Under the pieces are notes generated by a model. That model saw nothing but the letters and a program-made list of their open reading frames with translations, was not told the DNA's origin and made no database searches. A stretch of 64,000 nt of DNA from Octopus vulgaris (taxonomy: Eukaryota), in NCBI GenBank assembly GCA_951406725.2, contig OX597818.1, positions 118,916,001 to 118,980,000 of the forward strand, written 5' to 3'. The stretch's first letter is position 1; each line of letters opens with the position of its first letter. A program made the translations under genes and the position numbers. Positions 40,330 through 54,003 of the stretch are shown piece after piece.

Positions 40330-40550
40330 TGTATTTGTTTCTTTGTACCTGTGCTTGTCTCTCACGCTTGGCAACTGGTATTGGTGTGTTTAAATTGCCG
40401 CACTTTAGCGGTTCGGCAAAATATGCCGATATAATAAATAGCACGCTTAAAAAATAAGTACCGGGGTCGATTCTGCCGACTAGAATCTTTCAAGGCTGTG
40501 CCCCAGCATGGCCACGCGTTTTAATGACTGAAACAAGTAAAGGAAAAAGA
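40330..40550 (+). mobile_element. SINE family 1-related 3' half
   Basis: Ends GGCTGTGCCCCAGCATGGCC...ATGACTGAAACAAGTAAAGG. Confidence 0.7.
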
Positions 40551-42079
40551 TAGATGTGTATGTATTTACGCATGCATGCATATATGTATGAATGGATTGA
40601 TGGATTGATAGATGAATGGATGGAAGGATGGATGGATGGATGGATGGAGGTACGCATGTATATATACACGTATGTATAGGCGCATGCATGCTTAAATTTT
40701 TAAACATGATTCATGATCTAATGTGTATATTATTCCTTCGATGTTCTGAATAAGTTACATTCCAATATAAGCCAATCTTACCGACTAAATGTTTATTCCT
40801 CCTTTTGTCTCTTGACTTCTTCATATGTTTTCAATATACGCACATACACATGTAAATATATGCGTGCTAATGTTTAACAATCCGTAAGTTCCAACAACCA
40901 TTTAACCTCAAACATATGCATTCGTTTATCTACATATTTTTCATATTTATCAAATTATCTCATAAATTGATACGTTTATACATACACACATATGTGTACG
41001 TATGCGTGTATATATAAATGTTTGAGTTCCAATCTTCACACCTGCATCTGAATAGTTCTCGTTCTGCTTTGTGTTTGTGCATATGTCTGAGTAACTCCCT
41101 TGAGAGAATATTGAATTATGGTTGCTAATATTCATTACAATCACAAACCGTTCATAATTAAGGAAGGCACCTAATATACGAACATTTCAAATGTTATCAA
41201 TATACATAGTTTGTTTCATCTTTTGTAAATATATCTCACATTGATATCCCATAACAGTATTTCATAGATAAAACTTAATCCATCCAAATTATATTTTGGT
41301 ATAAAATTTCACGCCACGTTTGTTAACAACTCACATATTTTTTCCGTTCCTGTCGAATAATTTATAAAAATGACTTGTACAGGAAAAATTATTGATAACA
41401 TAACATAGTATTATAATACAAAATATAGATAAATATAAATAAATAAACGGGTATTAATTTTATGGCCAGAAAATGCACATTTTATTTTTTACGGTTTAGG
41501 AGCACGTCCCTGATATTAACTGCATTCTCATTTTCCTAATGATGAAATAAATAATTATAGTAAGAACGCAATTATTAAATGTCAAAAATCAAAGGATTAA
41601 AAAAGGGCCGAAAGTATTAATACCGATCGGTTTTGATAACTATATGAAGACTGTTGTGAGACAAACTCCAAGATTTTGATTTGTGAGTTCAGCTTCGGCA
41701 ACAAATAGCTGCAAGGAATACTTCGTCTCCCTTCTGTAAGCATATAAGTTATGTTTTACACACACAAACACAGACACATACGCGCGCGCACTCGCACACA
41801 CTCGCGCACGTACACACGCACATACACACACAGTGAGAGAGGCATACATACATGCGCACTCACACAAACACATATACACATATAGTTGAAAATTATAGAA
41901 TAACAATCCACGAAGACATGTGTGTGAACAACATGAATGTGTATTAGCTTGACACTCGGAAATATGAAAAGGTTTTTTATATTTTGAGCCTAAGCTCTTC
42001 AACAGAAAGGGATAAGAAAATAGACAGAGAGAGAATGAAAAAATTTTGTAGATTTAAGCGCTCCAGCATGGCACATATA

Positions 42080-43306
42080 TTGGGTTGTCCGGAAAGTTCG
42101 TGCCGATTTATAGTAGCTTACATTTCGACTTATTTTAGAACATGATTGAGTTCATATAATAGGATTTCACTACACCTCAATGTAGAGCACAGTTTAAGCT
42201 ATCATTTTGTGGAAGAAGGTTTATGCTCCTATGACCTTATGTTAATTCTGTAACCCTGTAAAATGGAAGATAAGAAAGTTCATTTTCAGCTCTTGATGCC
42301 TTTCTTTTTCCGTAAAGGGAAAAATGCCTCGCAATCAACCAAACAAATATGCGCAGTTTACGGTGATGTTTCTTTATCCGAAAGAACTTTACGGAAGTGG
42401 TTCGCAAGGTTCCGAGCTGGAGATTGCAACCATATTGATAAAGAGCGATCAAACAGGTCATGCACTACATATGATGACCAAATCAAGTTATTAATTGGGA
42501 ATAACCCACATTGCACAACCCTCGAATTGGCAGAAAGCCTCAACCTATCAAAATCCGTCGTTAATGAGCACCTGGTAAAGCTTGGGTTGAGTGAGAAGAA
42601 CCTTTTCGATCGCATTTCCATCTCTGATTCGCTTTATAAACGGAATGAAAACGTGCCTTTTTTAAAGCAAATTGTGACAAGTGATGAGAATTGGATTATC
42701 TACCGAAATGTTTATAGAAAGCGATCCTGGAGTAATCGACATGAGCCACTCTTGGCCAACCCAAAAGCGGGTCTTCACACTAAAAATGTCTTGCTTTGTG
42801 TCTGGTGGGGTTGGAAAGGAATTCTCTACAATGAGCTTCTCCCAAGTAACCAGACAATCAATTCTGAGAAATACTGCGTGCAAGTAGACGAGTTAAAAGC
42901 AGCAATTCAAGAGAAACGTCCAGAATTGGCCAATAGGAAGGGTGCTGTTTTCCAATATGATAATGCTAGACCGCACGTTTCTTTGGGAACCAGACAAACA
43001 TTCCTGCAGCTCGGCCGGCATGTGTTACCTCACCCTCCATATTCACCAGATATTGCTCCTTCGGATTTCCACTTATTCAGGTAAAAGTTTCAATTCCTTG
43101 GATGATGTAAGAAGATACCTTGATGAATTCTTTGCCATGAAACCACCTCAATTCTGGGAAGAGGGTATTTTCAAGTTAAAGGAAAGATGGAGACGCATTT
43201 GTGCTGCAAAATGGTTCATATTTGGTTGATTAAATATGTAATGGCTAGTATTTATTGGCCTTTTTCTTTCCTTTAAAAATCGGCACCAACTTTCTGGACA
43301 ACCCAA
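42080..43306 (+). mobile_element. mariner-family DNA transposon, full TIR-to-TIR
   Basis: TIRs TTGGGTTGTCCGGAAAGTTCGTGCCGATTT and AAATCGGCACCAACTTTCTGGACAACCCAA, with TA flanks. Confidence 0.92.
42263..43232 (+). pseudogene. mariner DD34D transposase, frameshifted and lacking WVPHEL
   Basis: Motifs TSDENW, YDNARPH and PPYSPDIAPSDFHLFR; the C-terminus (GIFKLKERW) continues in another frame. Confidence 0.88.
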
Positions 43307-43333
43307 TATATATACATGTATATATATATATAT

Positions 43334-43518
43334 CGCCATGATAGATCGTTAGCCACTACACACATTTTTTCTCTCCTTATTTTTTCTGTGTCCCGTTCTG
43401 TAGAAGAGCGTAGGCTCGAAACATAAAAGTTTTTTTCTATTCATGAGCGTTATACTAAAACATCTGTTTGTTTTGTACACCACCTGTCTTTGTCCTTTTT
43501 TTTTCCGTAAACCCTCCC
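43334..43518 (+). mobile_element. Short interspersed repeat with GAAGAGCGTAGGCTCGAAAC core (Penelope-like terminus?)
   Basis: Reverse-strand homologs at ~55108-55270 and ~60205-60393, and a diverged one at ~44715-44860. Confidence 0.55.
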
Positions 43519-43536
43519 TATACATACATACATACA

Positions 43537-43587
<51 letters not shown>

Positions 43588-44271
43588 GATTATAATAAGG
43601 GCCCGGAAATAACCTTTCCAGCTTATATACTGAGAAATAGACGCTAAATTGTTTCACCACTCAAAGAAGTCACAAACACATGTGTTGAACTCGAAGCAAG
43701 AAGCTAACAGAAATTTTTAATAAAACAGATAGTTCTGTATTAGCTAAAAATAAAAATACCAAGAGAGAGAAGATGGAGATAATATTAACAAAAATTTATT
43801 AATACCTTGAGGAGGACCTATAATTGTTTCAATTCATTGTTTGTAGTATCAAAACAATCAGTTTTAATTTAATTTAATTTAATCAAGCTGGTTTATTATT
43901 ACAAGCCAGAATAACATTAGAGAAGAACGTACAAACAAATTTATATAAATCATATTTAAACGTTATGAAAACATTAAATGAACAAACAGGAAAAATACAG
44001 TGTACCATTAAATTAATACATAATAGAAGAATATATACAGTTATAAAATAAATGTTGGTTCCTTCTTGAAGCTTCCATTGCGAATGCCAAGTAGTACAGT
44101 GGGTTGTTTCCAAATTTCTGGTAGAGTGAATTACACCATGTTGTAGTTTTCTCACAGAAGGTACCCAGCTGACCTTACTATGTTGTGTAGTCGACAAAAT
44201 AAAAATCAAACGTTGCGCATGCGTGAAATTAAAAATATAAATGGTGACAATTCACCCATCGACGCTTGTAT

Positions 44272-44698
44272 GCATTCTTTTATTCTTTTATTTGTTTCAG
44301 TCATTTGACTGCGGCCATGCTAGAGCACCGCCTTTATTCGAACAAATCCATCCCAGGACATATTCTTTGTAAGCCTAGAACTTATTCTCTCGGTCGCTTT
44401 TGCCGAACAGCTATGTTGCTGGGACTTAAATACAACAGCATCGGTTGTCAAGCGTTGGTGGGGGACAAACACAGACACACAAACATATACATACATACAT
44501 ACATATATATATATAAATGTATATATATTTATATATATACGACGGGCTTCTATCAGTTTCCGTCTACCAAATCCACTCACAAGGCTTTGTCGGCCTCAGA
44601 CTATAGCAGAAGACATTTACCCAAGGTGCCACGCAGTGGGACTGAACCCGGAACCATGTGGTTGGTAAGCAAGCTACATACCACATAGCCCCGCCTGC
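44272..44698 (-). mobile_element. tRNA-derived SINE family 1
   Basis: Homologous along its length to 36715-37122 and 51410-51866. Confidence 0.85.
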
Positions 44699-45368
44699 TG
44701 CTATATATAGTAAATCTATAAAATCGAAAAAACACAGGAACAAAACAACGCAAGGACATGGTACATGCAAAGTATACATGCAAACTATATGGGAAGGAAA
44801 GAAGAGTGATTTTACGTTTCGAACACAGCTCTTCGTCCGAAACAGGAGACGGAAGTAAAAAAAAAATCCCCCACGATCCACATATATCTCTGTGTCTGTA
44901 TGTGTGTTTAATTGTGTGCGTGGTGGGGACTGTATCTGTGTGTGTGTGTATTTGTATATTAGGTAGCCATAAATGTCTACAAAGAAAAAAAAGCGTGGGG
45001 AAATAAGAGTGACATATACACATAACGTTTAACGTTTTAGTATTTCATCGTATAATATATTAACATCATAACATCCAACAAGTTCATGGCAAAATAATCC
45101 ACTGAATATTGTTTTGTACATATTTATTATCAGGTTATATATGTATATATATATATGTATGTATGTATGTATATATATACATATATATATGCATGTATAT
45201 GTCTGTATGTATTTATATATATTATATATGTATGTTTATATATCGATATATACATAATATATATATATATATATATCAATATGTATATATATGTATATAT
45301 TTATACATACAAACACATATACATACACACACACACATATATATATGTGCGTATATACGTATATATGT

Positions 45369-45437
<69 letters not shown>

Positions 45438-45505
45438 TATACATTCATACGCATGCTAACACATACACAAATAAACACACGCACGCACACATACATACAT
45501 ACCAA

Positions 45506-45545
<40 letters not shown>

Positions 45546-45765
45546 ATGGAAATCAGAAATATTTCATATTTCATTAGTTCTATAACAAATATATCAAGAA
45601 ATGAAGAAATATGAACATAACGTTGTGATTGGTGTATCGAAGTATTTTCTGAATGTGTATGATTCAGCTTTTGATTTCTTCTGCTTGCAGGATTTATTTT
45701 CCGTCATTTATCACCCTCCTACCATTTTTCTCTGTCTCACACTCAATCTCTCTATGTATCTATCT

Positions 45766-45816
<51 letters not shown>

Positions 45817-46626
45817 AGACACAGATAGATCTATCTATATATTTATGTATCCCTCCCTCTCTCTGCGCTTGGCACTGTATCTTTCTTATTCTGGGTTTGT
45901 TTTTTCTCTAATCCCATCTGGGATTTTGAAACAATCAACATGAATTGGCGTAAAGAACCAAGCAAGAAATCAAAATAGTCTTCGAGGAGTCATAAACAAA
46001 TACGAAGATTTTTATGAAATATTTCATTGCTCTGCACTCCCCAATTGACCCATCCATTTCTCAATCAGTCCATCTTTGTCTACTTCGATTTCTCTTCTCT
46101 CAATCAATATATCGCCCTCTCTCTCTCTCATCCCCTATCTCCTCTTTCTCTCTCCCTCTCTCTCATTCCTTTTCTCTTTCGTTTTTCTCTCCTATCCATT
46201 TTAAAGAAAAAATAACTTTGAAAACAGGCAATTATTTAAATTACTTCAGGTTATAAAATAATGGTAATACTAATGCCGTTATGCAAGCATCAACATGACT
46301 ATATATTCTTTAATGTTTCATTTAATATAAGCATTGATATATGGTGAAATAGATATGATTTTATATGCTTCAGTGTATCAAATATGGCTGTACATCTCGA
46401 CCAATCGGTGATTTACACTACAGCAAAATGTACGAGGATTGTGTTAAAAGTTGGATAACGTTTTTATTAACTGACATAGGTGATTCGAACGGTTTCATAG
46501 TAGTGTATCTGTTCCTCTATAGTAATGTTTCTCCTTGCACACCACTGCAACCAAATAATGGGTTCTAAGTACAAGTAAATGATATCCTGACCTTTTTGTT
46601 AAGAGCAAATGCAGTCTGTCCGGTAT

Positions 46627-46872
46627 ACTTTTCTTATTTCTTATTTCTTTATTGCCCACAAGGGCTTAAACATAGAGGGGACAAACAAGGACAGACTAAG
46701 GGATTAAGTCGATTACATCGACCCCTGTGCGTAACTGGTACTTAATTTATCAACCCCGAAAGGATGAAAGGCAAAGTAGACCTCGGCGGAATTTGAGCTC
46801 AGGACATAAAGACAGACGAAAAACCGCTAAGCAAATCGCCCGGCATGCTAACTTTTCTGCCAGCTCACCGCA
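46627..46872 (-). mobile_element. SINE family 3
   Basis: Reverse complement of the units at 53008-53421 (GAGTTCAAATTCCGCCGAGGTC...TAAGTACCAGTTACG...AAAGAAATA). Confidence 0.8.
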
Positions 46873-47574
46873 GGACGTCCGGTATACTTAGCTGACTGTG
46901 CATAGGCTGTTTGTAGAGAAGACACTTTTAATAACACTAATGTCCACAGTTATGGGAGCAATTTCAAGGAAGCGAAACCAGCAAAGTAGACAGATCACGC
47001 CGTTCGAGATCCTCAGCTCTGAAAACTGACACAATTTGCCAGTGAGTATATGAAATGATGTTACAATCGGTGAGCTTGCTGCATATGTAGATTGTCTTCA
47101 CAATCTGATACCAGAAATGGCAGACTCGGTCGTTGACAGCTGATATGTAGCGTGGATTTCTGCCGGTGGGATTTCAGTCAAATTGCAGCAGGATTTTCTT
47201 CGATATGGTGACAGGATATGAACCAAAGGCGTATGTCTGATATGGAAACGATCTCTCAATTCATGAAACGGCGTCACAAACTTAATAACGGACTAAAATT
47301 CCCAATAGCAAGCTATCGGCATTATTATGTGAGTGTTTGGAGGTCATGTGAACGACTTGGGTGGCATCCACTTAGCGAACGGTAAACTGAGACGCTAAAA
47401 AAAATGGAAAAGCTGTTCAGAGGAAGAGACCGAAAACACACCTGAAAAATGTCCATATTCATCCTGGCAATGATCGACTACGCACATCTTTTGCAAGAAA
47501 ATAGAAATTCAGCAAATTAGGTTAGTCGGTAGTCCTGCATCCATTATACACTTTCGATATCCATCTCACGTCCT

Positions 47575-48079
47575 ATGGATTATCCATTACGAATTGCTGG
47601 AACGGAACCAAACGGTCAACTCGGAACTCTATGTTCAACAGATGGAACGACTCAACACGGCTATTCAAAAGAAAAGCCCTCATCGTCAGCATGGAGTTCT
47701 TCTGCTACACGACAACGCCCGCCCTCATATCGCCAATATGACCAAGGAAGCCAGTCAAAAGCATGGCTGGGAAGTGCTGCCACACCCACCGTACTCTCCT
47801 GATTTGGCACCAATGGATTTCCACTTCTTTCGATCTCTTTCAAATGCTATGCGCGGAGTTTCGTTCAATACTGATGCAGAATTGAGAGCTTGGTTGGATC
47901 AATTTTCTGAGTCAAAATCAGGTGATTTCTACCAACGAGGTATTGAAAATTTCGTTCAACGTTGGGAAGAAGTTTTAAACCACAAGGGTGAATGATTAAT
48001 TAGTTGATATTTTTTATTAAACCTTTTAAAAATTTTAATTTAAAAAAAAGACGGCGGGAACTTAGATTTCAACCTAATA
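47575..48079 (+). pseudogene. mariner transposase 3' fragment with probable right TIR
   Basis: ORF 47594..47995 has HDNARPH and HPPYSPDLAPMDF, ending ...TTCAACCTAATA. More decayed mariner-like sequence lies at ~46430-47560. Confidence 0.82.
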
Positions 48080-48452
48080 GCTATGAAGAAATAAGTTTAA
48101 CCTTATGACCCAGAACATTTTTCTAAAAATATTTATCAGATTTAAAAAAAATTATTCCGGAGTTTTGTGTAGAGGAAAAGTTATAATATGTGTATAACCT
48201 ACATCAGTAAATACAAAAGACAAGCCAACGTTTGGATTGCTTTGGCTTAATCTTCGTATATGTCTCAAGCTATTCAAATACATACTCAATATAAAATGCG
48301 CTTCAATAAGGCATTCGATATATAACTAATATTGATCATATCGTTTAATCATTTGATTATACGATTTAATGTTTGCTTAGTATATGATGCAAGATATGAT
48401 AAAATGTATACATATGTGCGTAAGTGTGTGTGTGTTTGCTTGTGTATGTGTA

Positions 48453-48896
48453 AGGGTTAGCCACATTTAGGTGGTAAATATACTACACAATGTCGTGCAG
48501 CTACTGTTTATACCTCGCTCGGAGATTTATTATTGCTAGTTACCAGTTTTTCGAGATCAGTGACGAAAAGTCACTGAAAAAAGTATATATATATTTGCAT
48601 TGGGAGCCGCTTTACATCGCCTGCCGACTGTTGTCACACGCTGATAACGGGTCAATACCCAGAAACACGGTTCCCTGTGTATTTCGTCAGGCTGGAGATG
48701 GGAAGGAGAACTTCCCTTTGCAAATACTGACAGGCCACAGGAAGTGTGTCAATAGCCAGCTAAGGGAGATATCTTCCTTGGGCTAAAAGCTACAGTAGCA
48801 TCAACACTTACGGGTTAGTCACATTTTGGTGGCAAATATACTTCACGATGTCGTGCAGCTAGTGTTTATACCTCGCTCAGAGATTTATTATTGCTT
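48453..48896 (+). repeat. ~360-bp partial tandem unit containing a degenerate hammerhead-like motif
   Basis: 48453-48537 is repeated at 48812-48896; CTGATAA-CGGGT-CAAT-ACCC-AGAAAC at 48641-48666. Confidence 0.65.
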
Positions 48897-48903
48897 ATAT
48901 ATA

Positions 48904-50165
48904 CAGTGGCGGCCAAAATGTTCAGAACGGCATTGTTTTCGTCAGAAAAGTAGATATAATTTTTTATCAAAGTTGTTTTATATTCTGTAATTTTCACAGA
49001 CGATAAATACGATATTATTTGTTATTGTCTGAGATTTTGGTGTAATGTGAGAGGAGAATACAAAAGTTATGGATGATTTAGGGATTTACTACAAAACCCA
49101 TGGCGGCCAAAATGATCAGAACGGTTGCTTTTACTCCGTGTTTTAGTATATTTAACCGGCGAACTCTAATGTTTTGAATTTGTTTACGTGACGGTTCGTT
49201 TACTAAACATTAGTAAGAATATCTGCAGTGTACTTTGTTAATATAATGCCACTTACTCCGTTACCAATTCGTCAGCAGATTATTAAGCTTCGAAGGAAGG
49301 ATAATTTAAGTATTGGATCTATTACAAAGATTGTTAACAAGTCAAAAAGTGTTGTACACGGTATTCTTAAGGTCTACGATGATTGTGGTTCGTGTGAAGC
49401 AAGAAAGTTTACAGGTAGACCAAGAAAAACGACCAAGAGAGAAGATCGTGCTATGGTAAAGTTGGTTAAAAAGGACAGATTTAAAACTGCTGCTGCTGTT
49501 TCTCGGAAGATGAGCATTGTATTGAAGAAAACTTTATCTCGAAAAACTGTGTCTCGTCGTTTAGTTGAACATGACCTACAAGCAAGAGCACTTACAATGA
49601 AGCCACTGATCAGCTCCAAGAATATAAACTGTCGTCTTACCTTTGCAACCGAACATGTGTTGTGGTCTCAAGAAAAATGGCAAACGGTGCATTTCAGTGA
49701 TGAATCTAAGTTTATGTTTTTTGGCTTAGATGGGAAAAGGTACGTTCGTAGAAAAGTAGGTGAAAAATTGTCGCCGAAATGCCTTAAGACTAGTGTTAAA
49801 TTCGGTGGAGGAAGTATCATGGTTTGGGGAATGATATCTGGAGATGGTGTGAGCCCTTTGGTGCGATTACATGGAAAGGTAAATGCAGGAGTTTATAAAC
49901 AACTTGTAAAAGATCATGTCTTGCCTGTGCTGAGAAATTCAACTAAGCGACCACCCATATTCATGCAGGACAATGCCCCATGTCACAAGGCTAAGGTGGT
50001 CATGAACTTCCTCAAGGCTGAAAAGGTTATTGTTATGGATTGGCCTGCTTAAAGCCCAGATCTCAATCCTATTAAAAATGTATAGAATAGTCTAGGAGAA
50101 CGTTCGAAAGCTAGAAATACTAAAACTTCTGAGCAATTATGGAATTACCCTTCAGGAAGAATGGA
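48904..50165 (+). mobile_element. Tc1-family transposon (IR/DR type), right end lost
   Basis: TA|CAGTGGCGGCCAAAATGTTCAGAACGG left end, with a direct repeat TGGCGGCCAAAATGATCAGAACGG at ~49101. Confidence 0.88.
49246..50165 (+). pseudogene. Tc1 DD34E transposase with premature stop
   Basis: Motifs GRPRKTT, FSDESKF, GGSIMVWG, MQDNAPCH, then WPA*SPDLNPIKN. Confidence 0.88.
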
Positions 50166-50247
50166 ATAAGTGACGGGGACGTAAACAAACCAGCATTGGT
50201 TGTCAAGCGATGTTGGGGGGACAAACACAGACACACAAACACACAAG

Positions 50248-50303
<56 letters not shown>

Positions 50304-50470
50304 TACGACGGGCTTCTTTCAGTTTCTGTCTACCAAATCCATTCACAAGGCTTTGGTCGGCCCGAGGCTATAGTAGAAGACACTTGCTCAAGGTACCACG
50401 CAGTGGGACTGAACCCGGAACCATGTGTGGTTGGTAAGCATGCTACTTACAACACAGCCACTCCTGCGCA
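50165..50470 (-). mobile_element. SINE family 1, 5' portion
   Basis: Matches 36860-37122. Confidence 0.8.
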
Positions 50471-50701
50471 CTTTCAGGTATTTCAGTGGCCTTTTAGTGA
50501 ATTGTGGCTGCTGTTTCCAGCACGAACTGCTTGTCTTCACACTCCGGCTTAAAGCTCTACCAAGGGTGATTTGTCTTTCATCCTTCATGGATCGATAGCA
50601 ATTAATGACGTTGAATTAATTAAAGCGATTATATCTCGCTAAGGAACGAACTTGATGAGAGAAATATGACTGTCCTCGTTTGCCATTAGAGCAGAAGCTA
50701 A

Positions 50702-50703
<2 letters not shown>

Positions 50704-50742
<39 letters not shown>

Positions 50743-50972
50743 ATGATGACGACAACGACGACGAAGACGATGATGATGATGATGAGGAGGAGGAGGATGA
50801 TGTTGATGGCACCGACAACGTTGGTGACGGGGACGTAGTCGACGAAAATGTCAACAAGGATGATGACAGTTGTGATGTTGATGAAGTTGATGATGATGAT
50901 GATGATGATGAAGATGATGATGAAGATGACGATGATGACGATGACGATGACGATGATGATGATGAGGATGAG

Positions 50973-51005
<33 letters not shown>

Positions 51006-51050
51006 GGTAGTGGTGGTGGTGGTAGTGGTGATAGTTGGAGTGGTGTGGTG
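50704..51050. repeat. Compound trinucleotide repeat (GCT/GAT/GAC/GAG/GGT)
   Basis: Direct reading. Confidence 0.9.
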
Positions 51051-51409
51051 GGAGTAGAAGGTAAAAGGTAGAAGAGCTGGATGTTGACGTTGTTGATGAT
51101 GATTATCTTACCGCAACATCATCCAAGACCCCCTCAATGTATTAATAATTCACATATGGCATTAAGAGGGAGTGTTGAATTCGATCTTAGTGAATTTTGG
51201 CCGATAAAATAACTACTATTCAATGAAATTGGATCGACTGAGGTAACTCTAACCAGAATTCCAGTATGTCTGTGTCGTATTATATTGGAACGGAACTCGT
51301 TTGCCTAACTGAAAATCTACAACTCCCTTGCGAATGTAATCTCTGTAGGTTTTGACATAGGCGACAATAAAATTCCATGCAGGTTTTGTGTATTTAATAC
51401 TAATATATA

Positions 51410-51584
51410 GGCGCAAGAGTGGCTGTGTGGTAAGTAGCTTGCTTACCAACCACACGGTTCTGGGTTCAGTCCTATTGCGTGGCACCCTGGGCAAGTGTCT
51501 TCTACTAAAGTCTTGTGAGTGGATTTGGCAGACGGAAACTGAAAGACGCCTGTAGTGTATGTGTATATGTGTGTGTACGTGTGT

Positions 51585-51630
<46 letters not shown>

Positions 51631-51866
51631 GCGTGTATATATGTTGTGCGTCTGTGTTTGTCCCCCCCAACATCGCTGGACAACCAATGCTAGTGTGTTT
51701 ACGTCCCCGTCCCTTAGCGTTTCGGCAACAGAAACCGAAAGAATACACTAAGTACAAGGCTTACAAAGAATAAGTCCTGGGCTCGATTTGCTCCACTAAA
51801 GGTGGTGCTCCATCATTGCCGCAATTAAATGACTGAAACAAATAAAAGAATAAAAGAATAGAAGAG
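51410..51866 (+). mobile_element. tRNA-derived SINE family 1
   Basis: Head GGCGCAAGAGTGGCTGTGTGGTAAG with GGTTCAGTCC, central (TG)n, tail (AATAAAAG)n. Confidence 0.85.
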
Positions 51867-52089
51867 TATATTCCTCTGGAAGCTGGTTCCGTATTTTAAA
51901 AGTTAAACGCCGTGAGTAGAACAAGTAAAATTAAACATCACGTATTTCAAGATCTTGTCTTATTGTAATTTACTTGCATTGAAGCAATCCAGTTGAAAGA
52001 CTTCATAAGGACGTGTCTAGATGCTAGAATTTATTGCTGTAGAAATATCATAATATTAGCAAAGTATTTGATGAAGAAATTGTTTAACA

Positions 52090-52335
52090 CACGGAGCGTC
52101 CTAAGTGGTACTCCGTCGGTAACGATGACGCGGGTTCCAGTTGATCCGATCAATGAAACAGCCTGCCGTGAAACCAACGTGTAAGTGGCTGAGCAGTCTA
52201 CAGACACGCGTAGACTTAACGTAGTTCTTGGGGAGGTTCAGCGTAACACAACGTAACAAGTTTCGCTCTTTGAAATGCAGGTACAATTCATTTTTGTCAG
52301 CTGAGTGAACTGGTGCAACGTGAAATAAAATGTTT
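52090..52335 (-). mobile_element. SINE family 2, 3' part
   Basis: Reverse-complement similarity to 38260-38483. Confidence 0.7.
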
Positions 52336-52409
52336 TGCGGTGCCCCGGGATGCGCCAGTCTCAATGTGTGAAACAAGTTAAATATAAAAGAAAGAAAAGG
52401 TGTTAGTGT

Positions 52410-52646
52410 CTTGCATCACATCTAAATCGAAGGAGAGGTCCTTTCTCCGTCCGGCTTGCGGATCTATGGAATAAGCTGCCGGACGAGATAGTGAAGATGC
52501 CGACGACCGCTCGGTTCAAAGTCTCTCTTGACCAGAAATGGCCTGAACTCTTTGCATAAACACCCTCCCTGTACATAACTCTATGTCCCCCTACATGGCC
52601 TTGCTTTTGCTTTTTGAGCCAGAAAATTAACTTAACTTAACTTAAC
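52410..52646 (+). mobile_element. 3' end of a CR1-type LINE with (CTTAA)n tail
   Basis: Translates RRRGPFSVRLADLWNKLPDEIVKMPTTARFKVSLD, a CR1-like C-terminus. Confidence 0.7.
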
Positions 52647-52714
52647 ATCCCATTTCCTATTATGCTCTAAACATTGTTTATATTTTATATTTCCTTAATA
52701 GACTTCCCATTTCA

Positions 52715-52880
52715 ATCTTTCTACTGTAGGCACTAGGCCTGACATTTTGGAGGAAGAGCAGCCTGTTGATTGGATCGACCCCAGTACGCAACTGCTACTT
52801 AATTTATTGACGCCTAAAGGATGAAAGGCAAAGTCGAGCTCGGCGGATTCTGAACTCAGAACGTAGCGACGGGCGAAATA
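52715..52880 (-). mobile_element. SINE family 3-related fragment
   Basis: Shares GATCGACCCCAGTACGCAACTG...AAGGATGAAAGGCAAAGTCGA with 46710-46790. Confidence 0.65.
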
Positions 52881-53007
52881 CTCCGAATTATTTAATCCAG
52901 CATGACTTCCTGTTTCAATTCGCTGAAAGTGTTATTCCGTCACCGTTTTGGGGAAATACATTCGTACATGTGCAGTAGACTCACTTGTGATGTCAAATCA
53001 ATTAGTG

Positions 53008-53421
53008 TTTAGATCTAGTAGAATCGTTAGCACGCCGGGGGAAATGCTTAGCGAAAGTCCGCCACTACGTTCTGAGTTCAAATTCCGCCGAGGTCAACTT
53101 TGCCTTTCATCCTTTCGGGGTCGATTAAATAAGTACCAGTTACGGAACTGGGGTCGATATAATCGACTTAATCCGTTTATCTGTCCTTGTTTGTCCTCTC
53201 TCTGTATCGCCCCTTGTGGGGAGTAAAGAAATAGATATTTCGCCTGCCGCTACATTCTGAGTTCAAATTTCGCCGAGGTCGACTTTGCTTTTCATCCTTT
53301 CGGGGACGATTAAATAAGTACCAGTTACGCACTGGGGTCGATGTAATCGACTTAATCCGTTTCTCTGTCCTTGTTTGTCCTCTCTGTATTTAGCTCCTTA
53401 TGGATGGCAAAGAAATAAGTA
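53008..53421 (+). mobile_element. Two tandem SINE family 3 units
   Basis: 53060-53236 is repeated at 53246-53421. Confidence 0.8.
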
Positions 53422-53465
53422 TTTAATGTATAAGACATCCAATACGATCCAACAGCACTATATTC

Positions 53466-54003
53466 GGTGACGTGTGGCTCAGTGGCTCTTGACTCACGAT
53501 CGTAAGATTGTGGTTTCGATTCCTCGACCGGGCGACTTGTTTTTTGAATAAAGCACTTTATTTCACGTGGCTCCAGACCACTCAGCCTCAAAAATGAGTC
53601 ACCTTCCAACGGACCGATATCCTGTCTAGTGGGGACTATATGCATCAGGGTAACCGGCCCTGTTTCGTCTATATGAGCCTTGAAGGATCTATCTAAATAC
53701 GGCTTTCGATTGATTAATTATGGTGGAAATCCAACACTAACCATCAGCACTATAACCGGTCACGTGTGACGTAGGGTCTTTTGACTCACGATCGTTATTT
53801 TCTGGTTTCGATTCCTCGAGCAGGAGACAAGTATTCTTGAGTAAAAGCACTTTATCTCACGTGGCTCCAGTCCACTCAGCTTCAAAAATGAGTTATCTTA
53901 CAACGGGGATGCGGCAGGAAAACGGGGAAACCGGCCGTTCGAGTCTATGCGAGTCAGGAAGGATCTCTCTACATACGACTTCCGATTGGTTAATTACGGT
54001 GGA
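53466..54003 (+). mobile_element. Two tandem tRNA-derived SINE units (family 2-like heads)
   Basis: TGGCTCAGTGG box A; GGTTTCGATTCC box B at ~53512 and ~53804; diverged duplicate bodies. Confidence 0.72.

Noticed and set aside
50639-51057. Poly-Ser/Ala/Met/Val ORFs, also 54431-54709
   Set aside because: Trinucleotide microsatellites with no coding context.
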